Of a DNA stretch of 64,000 nucleotides, positions 12,073 to 21,900 are shown piece by piece. Every line of letters starts with the position of its first letter. The first letter of the stretch is position 1. The DNA is taken from positions 66,670-130,669 of the forward strand of contig MNCI01000217.1 of the NCBI GenBank assembly GCA_015680685.1, given 5' to 3'. The position numbers and the translations under genes are program-made. The stretch comes from Gnetum montanum (Eukaryota > Plantae > Gnetophyta). The notes under the pieces were generated by a model. The model ran no database searches, was not told the origin of the DNA, and saw only the letters and a list, made by a program, of their open reading frames with translations.

Positions 12073-13933
12073 CCCATTCCACTATGCTCCTCACTGTTTT
12101 TGAAATTTTTGTTTTACACTTTTTTATTTTTCACCATCGTTTATATGTTTTCCAATTGTTGCTAACTTTTCCTTTCTTTAATTACTTTTTTCATTTCTTT
12201 GTCGATGATTTATGCATATGTGTGTTTAATTTTTAATTGGTTGCTAATAAGTCGTCTTATTGTCATCAGGTGTCTAGCACAGATGATTTTCATTATGATG
12301 GGTCATGTGCAATAGTCCACCTAGTTTATCTTGCTCCCGCCCTCGCATTATTGTCCTTGGACTTTACGTCTATTTTTATCTCATAAAATCGACAGTGAGT
12401 CGACATCATCCACCCATTCACCCACTCCATGGTTTTCCTTCCATTGGAAACATGCAACCCCTTCACTTAAAAAAATATTTTAATTAATGTGTGACTTGTG
12501 TAGTCCCCAAACTTGGGGATGAACCAATGGTTTGAATCGGGTGTGACTTCAAGGGGTATGAAACATTTGTCATCCTCTTTTGTCCCCCAAGTCACCGGTG
12601 TGTCCTTACGGATTTCCTACCACTCCACGTTCTTCTCTACTAGGAAGCTCCTAGGCAATTCGACCTTGCATGGTGAGGATTCAAAGCACACCCCTTGGTC
12701 GAATGCATGCAAACAAGCATGGGTCTTTGCATGGTGTGGTTCCCATGAAATAACAGAAAAATGAAAAAAAAATCCAATCATAACAATGTGGGAATTCAAA
12801 GCACACCCCTTAGACTGCCTCTCACAGGCCACCAAAAATGAGTTATGGGACTCACTCCGTCCCCTCTAACTTAGTCCAGTTTCACTTCCTTCTTCTCACA
12901 ATTTTTGGAGTGATGATTGTCTGTGGATGCTCTCTACTACTTGGAGGATGGCCGGGGCTTTGCCTGTTGCAGCGATGTCACTATACATGGATGGTTTTGG
13001 GTCTGAACTCAAGAATGGTCCTATTGGGTCACTTAACCACAACTTCACACAGGGTTTCATGTGATCGATGATAGAAATTCCCATTCTCTCATCTCTCTCT
13101 TCACCCATTTCTCTCCGTAACTCACCTCATTGCCTATCTTATGTTTTGAAAGTTCGTTGTGATTTCCATGGACTCTCATGCCTTGGTTGGTTCACTTGGA
13201 TGGGAGTCTTAACTTGCGATCACCATTTCTTAACCCTGAGGTCCACAGACTTCGGTGTTAAGGATATGCAAAGGCTACTACAGCTACCGCCTGCTATGGG
13301 GAGGACCCACTTGCGTATTCTTGGTCTTGTTCATTAAGCCCCCCCCCCCCCATCCTTTTGATTTCGTGGTTAATTGTTTTCATGTCCCATCGCTCAATTT
13401 CTTCCTCGCAGAGTTCTTTTTTCCCACATTCTCCTACATTTGACTCTTTTTCTAGCCCAGGTTACCCTCCTCGTGTCCTCAATTGCGTTCCCAGTCTCTT
13501 ACGCTCTTCAACCACCCCAATTTGGCATTTTAAATTCATCTTTTCAAGCTTTATTTGGGCTGGTCAACGCTGGTCAATGGGTGCGACCCCCTGCGTATAC
13601 ACGGCCATGTATACGTGGCCCCATCAACACAGTGCTCAATCTCTATATATATGCCCATTGTGCATACAATTTCAATCATTTTGCAAACAAATTAGGGGGA
13701 GATTTTGCCATTTTTTCTGCCTAACTTCTTCCCAAGCACCTACGTTCTATCGTGCATCCACATCAACTGATCCTTACCCTCTTAAGCACTAGAAGATATG
13801 CTCTTAGTCATNCTCCGGGGGATTTAATGGAATGCCTATGCTAGCATCATAACTTAGTCAGACTGAGAAGGTGTATAAGGAACATTTTGAGCTACTTGTG
13901 CACAGTCTAATGGGTGGTTATGTTTGATTGTAG

Positions 13934-16788
13934 ATGGAACCAAAACCAAGGCATCCAATGGACGAAGGACCATCACAACCTAGGGACAAGCATCCACGAA
14001 TAGGAAGGGGATGAGGCATGCAACAACCAGAGCACATGGAGGGCTCTCATGCAACTGACCCCCTCCGTGAAGAACCTAATGTGGAATTTGTCCATCAGAT
14101 TCCCAAAGAGGTGATTCCCAGTAGGCAATTGGAAGGGGATGAAACTCCTGGGATAGTGCCACGACTTGAGGTCACCCTGACTCAAGCATGTCTTGATGCT
14201 ATCAAGCTATGAGAAGTGCAACAAATGGTCCTACAAGAGTTAAAATTTGCACCATTTCTAGAAAATGCACTAGAAGACGTGAGGCTTTAGTTGCAAAATT
14301 CTCCTATGTGGCCAATCATCACAACCAGTGGTGAATCTTACTTAGGAGAGACCTATCTCTTCTGGACAAATCGGCAACCAAGGTCCAAAGTAAGAATTAA
14401 GGACATCTATGTCTCTTACTTTGTGGAAGAAATCACATAAGCTTTGGGGTTGCCAGAGATCGGACCAGATGTGACGGAGATTCCCAAACAAGCAGACCCT
14501 GAGGTGAAAGGGGAGTGGATTAGGCGGTGCTATGGGGTAGATCGCAAGGAGTTCAACACTCTAATCACCACGGAAAGGGTGTATTCAAAAATTGTATCTT
14601 ACCACTTAAACCCAACGGTGAGACCCAGCAAAATCATGGCCTTCTCTACTCGTGCATGTGCCGCCTTAAGTGGAAAATTTCTAATGAGTCTTCCATAATT
14701 GTTATTCTTGGAAATTGAAAATAGGTTCACCGAAAGCAAACGTGGAAGACGAGCTCTCCCCTTCCCCTACCTAATCATAAAGTTATGCAAATGGGCAGGG
14801 ATAGCACGATATACTAATGATACACTCCGGCATGCCCCGATTGCCTCATGGAGGGAAATGATGAAGGATAGGACTCTTACCACTACACACACCAAGGAGG
14901 AGCATAAACCACCTTCACCACCTACACAAACAATGAGGTCGGGTTTGCAAACTATTGCAGAACACATCCACGAAATTCGACAATTGCTCTTGAGCCAGCA
15001 AGAGCAATTTAGAAGGGCCAGTGGAGGAGAAGACCCTTCGATCTATCACCCTACAATGAGCCACATGGAGCAAGTGGCTTGATCAGTCAGTTTGCTAGAA
15101 AGAGCAAGGTCGATGTTCTCCGCTGCTCGAATGCAAGTACCAACAAGAACAGATCCTAGCATTCGAGAGGTAACGGTATCAACTCAACAGCTATTCCCTG
15201 TAATTTTAGGGAATGACACTACCTTCTTGGTATGCCTAGAAGATGGCAAAGGGGCGACAGTCCTAGTAATGCAGCACCAAGGATAGGAGATTGCAGCCGA
15301 AGTGGTTGCTGATACGATTGCTACAACTCTCAATGCACCAGTGGCACCTGTACCAGACGTACATGGACTTCTAGGTGTATAGACATCCACCAGAACTTCA
15401 CGTAGCAAGATTGATGCAGCACAACATGAAGAACTGTTGGACCAACTGGTGGGAACTGGGCAACTGCTTCTGGATGTCTTTGACCTTCCAGATAACATCA
15501 CTGCAACCCAGTCGGAGCTGCTCTCAACAAGGGGTAAGAGCCTTATCTTGGAAGGGCAACTTGAAGTTGCTCAAGCTAACTGTCAAAGCTTGGTGACAGA
15601 AGTTGCTCAATTAAGAGCCCAACTTGCCGATCCAGCTCTTCTCAACCATGAGCTCACCCAAGATGAAGCTTTTCAATAACTTCATATCAAACTACAGATA
15701 GTTGAGGATGAGTGAGAGTTGACGATCTTTGATAAGTCCTTGGCAGACACTCATGCACATCATTTAAACAAGGACTTGATAGAGGTTCGCTAGGAGAATG
15801 TCAGGTTGATTGCGAAGGTCCATCACCTGCGTAATGTTGGTGCTGAAAACGAGCACATGAAAAATTTTATTTACCAATAGCAGGAAGAGCTAGCCAGTGT
15901 GAATGCCGATGTGAGAAGGTTGGCCGTTGAGAATCAAAATTTGTCCATGGAGGAGGTTTGAACCTTGTGACAAAAATCTGCCATGGAAATCGTTGCTTGG
16001 AAGAATGAGGCCCTAAAATTTAAAAATGTCAACAATCATTACAGGGACCAAGTGGGATTGCAAAAGGAAGTGAATGAGAAATAGATTCAATTTGCAAAGG
16101 TGAAGATGAACCAAGCGCTCCAATAGCTCCAAGAAGTAGGTGAGGTATGGCAACCTATCTTTGATGGGTTGAATGCCTACAATCAAGCTGAAATCTGCCT
16201 CAAGGAACTACAAATTGAGGAAATGACAGAGTATATGGAGCTTGCCAACCTTCACTATGCAAACCTGGCTATGCTCATAGCCGGGAGATCGTGATTTGAA
16301 TTGGAAAAGCAAGTGGTTGCCTCGTATTCTTTATACGAGGGCGAGTTCTAGGCACACAAGGCAACAAAACAAAAATTGAAGATAGCAAATGTGGAACTTG
16401 AGGTTCTCTGTATGAGTTTTGAAGGACAACGCGTGGTCGTGGAGAATCTAGCCCATCGAATGAATGACTACCAGTAGCTGCAAACATCAATTTGAGCATT
16501 CGACATCGAATAGAAATAGTTCATAGCTTGGTTTGTCAACTTGAAAGAACTTTTCCCTATACTACCATGCCTTTGGGAGGTTCTCTCCTAGCACACATCG
16601 GTGAAGCCGCCTGGATAGTGAACGATCCCAGAAGTAAAGAGAAAAAGATGAGGGCCCTCTTGGAGGCTTTCCGGTTGCCTCCAGAAGTCGCAGCTGCTGC
16701 AGGGAAGCCATCATTTGTGCCACCACTGCCACATGGGCCGAAGGCTGGTGTAGGTTTGCCGAAACCACCGCCACCAGGGACGGTGTGA
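13934..16788 (+). pseudogene. Athila env-like/extra ORF (~950 aa ancestral): putative plant transposon (Transposase_32-like) domain, long coiled coil, Pro-rich tail
   Basis: ORF pieces 14018, 14444, 14699, 15092, 15437 share one frame with ATG 13934, separated only by TAG/TGA/TAA; motif ALPFPYLIIKLCKWAGI; heptad-rich 15440-16480; frameshift(s) before 16492-16788. Confidence 0.8.
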
Positions 16789-17000
16789 TCTTCTCCAACA
16801 ATTTTTGCATCTTTCTACATAGTAGAGAATCCAGGATCAATAAGGTGTTCAATTTTATCTTTGAACACCACCATTTTTGTAATTTGTCCTTCTTTGTGTA
16901 CTTGGGCACTTGGCCCATCATGTGTGTATGTGTGTCATATGCATCAAATCATGTGTGTTGTAAATAAAAGTCCATACCTTCCAAATTGTAAGAGGAACTC

Positions 17001-17031
17001 GAGGATGAGTTTTTACTCAGTCGTGGGGGTA
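17001..17031 (+). promoter_or_regulatory. PPT region of element 2
   Basis: GAGGATGAGTTTTTACTCAGTCGTGGGGGTA abutting the 3' LTR; same motif precedes the 3' LTRs of elements 3 and 4. Confidence 0.75.
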
Positions 17032-17916
17032 TGATGAAGTGTCAAATGGTCGACGCGTTTACTAGGCCACGTATACGGGACCTCATATATGCAGCCGCAT
17101 CGACACGGCCCTGTATACGTGGCCCCGTTTATGCAGCACCTATTTCGGCCTATAAATAAGTGGGCTCCTGCCACACTTATTTACCTTTTTGTCAGTTATA
17201 GCGAAGCTCTTGTAGTTGTTTCTGTGAGGGTTAGAATATTTTCCAAGTGCCCACAGTAGGTGTAAGAAAGGTGTCTGACTCTTTATTCGAGCGCTGATGT
17301 ACCTAAGCCCATTGGTGTGAATGACAATAAAGACGAGTTTTTCAAGCATTCCTTGTAGCAATTGGACTTAGCCACTTCTATGCATTTATAGTTTAATATT
17401 TATATGCTTTAATCATTCATTGAGTTATGTTATTATTATTTTAATTGCTCTTGCTCTCTTATAGTTCGTAGAAACCATAAGTATGACCATCTCGAACGTG
17501 AAACCCAACACTTGGCAACCTAGCGATGCTTAGCGTCTGGTAGCCCAGTAGTGGTTAGGGGATGCTTAGGACGTTCACGGAAGATGGGATTAGATACATA
17601 TGTTAGGAAGAGTTAGGACATAGATTAGGATAATTATAGCTTACATAATATTGCATTCCTTACTTTCCATTCCGAGAATTAGACGTTAGAAGATAAAGTA
17701 AAAAGCTATAAAAATCAGTTGCCTCAATCTCACTTAACCATCACAATCAGAACATCACAAGTGAGGTTGAGAGGACAACGACCGTTCTAACAAAGGGTTT
17801 TGCTGGTTAAAGGTCCGATGTATGTTAAGTGCTCACAGTCTGTAGAATTCGACCGAGTTGGGTGTGAATGCCCGTGATTTGCATGGTTGGGTGTAGGGGT
17901 ACCTAGCCGCTCATCA
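17032..17916 (+). repeat. 3' LTR of element 2
   Basis: TGATGAAG...GCCGCTCATCA; direct repeat of 4807-5711. Confidence 0.97.
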
Positions 17917-18959
17917 AATTTCTTTTTTCTTTATCATTCTTTTGGTTTTGGTTGCTATTTGGATACGTCTCCTCAACACTCATGAATCATTTGATATGTT
18001 ATATATATATTTTGGTACTTGGTAATTATTTGGCTTTGGATTTGAGTCAACAATACCTATGTGGGTCAGCTTTCTCAATGGGTGCTCTAACAATCTTTGT
18101 GGTACTTACATGGGTCACCTTTCTTGGTAAGGAGTTAAACACTTATACGGGTCTTCTTTCTTGGTAAGTGTCATATTTCTTTTGTAGAGCCAGCATGGGT
18201 TATCTTTCTTGTTAAGGGTTTGGATACTTATGCGGGTTGTTCTTTTTGGTAACTATCATTTTGTTCAATTTTGGTTTTGGTTTGGGTTTTGTGGATGGTG
18301 GTAGAACCTTTTCTATTATTTGCTTTTGGATACTTGGTTTGGTTATTGTTTATGATTTGATCTATGCATGTTTATATTTTTGGTGTTAACTCTATGCTTG
18401 CAACTACCCCTTGTGCATAATTGTCTAGCCACATAATGTCTGAAACCAAAACTCATAAGGAAGTATTTTGTAGCTTAATTTATCTACTCAATCTTAGGAT
18501 GGATTCCCCTTGTATTTTTATGCCTTCTAAGTGATTCACTTAGTTGTGAGGAGGACTTAGGTGAATAAGTTGATGCTTATAACTTTGATTTAAGTATTTT
18601 TAGTTTAGTCATTATGTTACCAATTATTGGTTGTTTCCCTTTTAAGATGTAATGTTCAACTAGGATTTTTGTATTAATGCATTTGGTTGCGAGGATTTGT
18701 ATTTATATTAAGCCTTTCATTGGTGAAGGTCTAACTTGGTCATGTATTTTTATTTTAGTAGTATTGGTTAATTTTAATTATTTTTATTTTGCAGTTTTTA
18801 TTACCAATAGAACCTAATGCCTTTGATGTTGGACTATTCATATTATGTCATAAAATTAACCACTTAATAAATCCATGAAAAAATTCTATAAATTGTTGTG
18901 CATAGACTGATCAATAGTCCATGAAGTATTGCCTCAAGTGTAAGTTCAATCTTAAATGA

Positions 18960-19155
18960 AATATAAGGTGTTGGAACCTGAAATAAGTGACACATAGGTA
19001 TACCCCAAGATATATTGTCCAATAGAAGTTTATATAACTTAGCATTGCCCATTAGAATCAAACCTATGAACTAGAGCTTTCGAATCAAACCTATGAACTA
19101 GAGCTTCCGAATCAAACCTATGAATCAAGAGTCTTATCAGTAGGCTAACACCTCA
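18960..19155 (-). mobile_element. tRNA-derived SINE copy with internally triplicated B-box segment
   Basis: homologous to the 2529-2874 units; 27-bp unit GAATCAAACCTATGAACTAGAGCTTYC starts at 19055, 19082 and (partial) 19109. Confidence 0.6.
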
Positions 19156-20736
19156 TTACCTTGCTTTTTTCTGCATTTTGTTCGATCTTTGCCAATTTTC
19201 TTTTGTTGCTTCACATGATCTGAATTTTTAACTTCTAAAATTTTTTAACTCATAGAAATATAAGTTGCATGATTGTAGTTTGAAATTATAAAAGAACAAA
19301 AATAATAGTAGAATCTCTATAAAAAAAAATCACATTACAATGGAATTTCTAAATATCATAAAAAGTAAAAGGATAAAGACAACTTCAAAAAAAGTTATAA
19401 GCACATAAAACTTTACAATAACTTACTATCCTAAATCCAAAAATATTGAATAACCTATTATCCCAAATCCAAAAATATTCAACAAGAGAACACTTGTAAA
19501 AGCAATAATGCAAGTAAACCTTTTAAGTTGAATGGAAATAAACCTTTTAAGCTGATAAGATGAGTCAAATGTATAGGCTAGCGTAATCAAAAAGGTTCCT
19601 TACACTCAAATATTATGATAAGTTTGTAAGGTAGAAAGTTTCTATGGGTAAAGTTACTTAAATACAACAGAAATAAAACGCAAAATAGCTCACGTAAAAC
19701 TTCCTAAGAAAAGAACCAGTGGAAAAATAAATAAACATATAATATTATTTCCAAATTTAATTGAAAAATCTCTTCTATAAATTTAGATTTTAAGTCTGAT
19801 TCCTCCTTTAACAGATAAGCTTGCAATCTCTGTCGACTCACTCAATCTGGTGGTCCCCTATATTTAAAAAGAATGGAGGTTGTCTTTACGATGAATTCTC
19901 TCATAGGACCAATCGTTTTGCTGACCGCAATCTCCACCATATTGATCAATTATTTACTATTAGAAATGATTCTCCTACCCTCTCTTGGACACATGCGAAA
20001 GTTAAATGGGGGTTTCAAAGACAAGANCCCATTAGAATCAAACCTATGAACTAGAGCTTCCAAATCAAATGTCTTACCAATAGGCTAATACCTCATTACT
20101 TTGTTTCAATTTTTTTTATTTTTTTTATTTTTTATTTTTTTGCATTTTGTTCAATCTCTGCCAATTTTCTTTAGCTGCTATACACTATCTGAATAAAATT
20201 TTTAACCTATAAAAATTTTTAACTCATAGAAATATAAGTTGGATGATTGTAGTTTGAAATTATAAAAGAACAAAATAATAGTAGAATCTCTAACAAAAAA
20301 ATCACATTACAATGGACTTTCTAAATATCATAAAAAGTAAAAGGATAAAGACAACTTTAAAAAAGTTATAAGCACATAAAACTTTATAGTAACTTACTAT
20401 CCTAAATCCAAAAATATAGAATAACCTACTATTCCAAATCCAAAAATATTCAACAAGAAGACACTTGCAAAGGCAATAATTCAAATAAACCTTTTAAGTT
20501 GATAAGATGAGTAAAATGTGTAGGCTAGCGTAATCAAAAAAGTTCCTTGATAAGTTTGTAAGGTAGAAAGTTTAAAGTTATTTAAATACAACAGAAATAA
20601 AACATAGAATAGCTCACGTAAAACTTTTTAAGAAAAGAACCAAAGTGGAAAAATAAATAAATTAAAAATATTATTGCCAAATTTGATTGAAAAATCTCTT
20701 CTATAAATTTAGATTTTAAGCCTAATTCCTCCTTTA
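19048..20736. repeat. local direct duplication (19048-19810 and 20028-20736)
   Basis: collinear blocks from CCCATTAGAATCAAACC to TTCCTCCTTTA with scattered substitutions and indels. Confidence 0.9.
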
Positions 20737-21057
20737 TGTTGTAGGGCACAAATTTACAAATGATTATTTATGAGAATTATGAGTTAAAACCTATTAAACA
20801 AATACGATGGACTGAATTTTATTAGAGATCGCCGAATATTAGTCCGAAAATATGTATTATGAGAGGCTTTGCTGAACATGGCATTTGGTCTTGTTGAAGC
20901 TTGTTTAGAGTTGCTTAATTCAATGGGGGAGAATCATAAACACGAGCTTTAACATTCAATCCCTGATTCATTGTACCGGTGAAATTCAAGTTTCGAGTCC
21001 ACTGATAACAGATTTTTTTTTTAATCCTTTACCATCTAAGTGTAACGATTTAGCTAG

Positions 21058-21283
21058 ATGCCACGTGTCTAAATTCACAGCTCTCCACGTGGCATGTACG
21101 TCGAGGCAGATGAGCATATCCGCACCAGTGGAGTCCCCAGCTCTGGATCTGCCTGAACGTATGGCCGCGTTGCTTCCAAATCACATCTTCTTCTTCAAAA
21201 CGCTTCTTAAGAATCCTCTGCACAGAACTCTGAATCTTTTCGATCGAGTTTGTTGTGGTTCTGCATGATTGTTTAGGTATGGC
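21058..21283 (+). promoter_or_regulatory. putative host promoter / first non-coding exon with paired G-box/ABRE elements
   Basis: GCCACGTGTC (21060-21069) and CCACGTGGC (21085-21093), CpG retained, TTCTTCTTC tract, candidate donor AG|GTATGG at ~21277. Confidence 0.45.
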
Positions 21284-21860
21284 ATGATTTCCGTTTGCAA
21301 ATTTCTTTCTCCGTATAAGCTTTTCTTGCAATAAAGCAATTAAAATTCAAGATTTCTTGCCATACAATTTAGGTGTGTTTTGGGGAATTTTCCTTGCTAA
21401 AGCAAGCGGATTCTGGTTCAGTTAGTCTGAAGAATGATGAAGGATTTTACAGTTGGTTTGAGTGAAGGGATTTAGATGTTGTAAAGTCTTAGAAGTGCGA
21501 AATTGAGAGAAGCCTGAGTTTGAAAGCACTGCTTAGTCATCGAAGTTGATTATGAAGGGAAATGGAACTTCTTCTGAATACTATATTCACGGCTGGCTAA
21601 TTCAAATGAGTTTATACCTAGCAAAATCTTCGCGAAACAACAAAGGCATGCTGCAGTTGCAAACAAAGTCGATACTAAGCATAGCTCTGAATTCAGATCA
21701 CTGCTCCTAATAAGCATAGGTTCTGTGTTAGGCATAGCACAAGCTACATTTCATATTCAGAGGCTGTCAACGAAGTCCAGAATTGAAATTCAAAAATGTT
21801 ATTTGGCTTAATCCAGCAAACTGCGATTTGATAATATGACATATTTAAATTTTTTAAGTT

Positions 21861-21900
21861 CTTCATCATCTTACCATTGTCCCAACAAAATGGGGTAGGT
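21861..21900 (-). mobile_element. RTE LINE/SINE 3'-end stub
   Basis: CATCATCTTACCATTGTCCCAACAAAATGGG matches the 3' end at 3225-3265. Confidence 0.6.

Larger units (their letters stand above)
4807..17916 (+). mobile_element. full-length (13.1 kb) decayed Athila-like Ty3/Gypsy retrotransposon (element 2)
   Basis: paired LTRs 4807-5711 and 17032-17916, tRNA-Asp PBS, PPT, near-perfect 5-bp TSD (GATTT/AATTT), domain order gag-PR-RT-RH-IN, then an extra ORF. Confidence 0.97.

Noticed and set aside
19055-19125. CRISPR-like repeat
   Set aside because: Contiguous tandem units without spacers in eukaryotic DNA.
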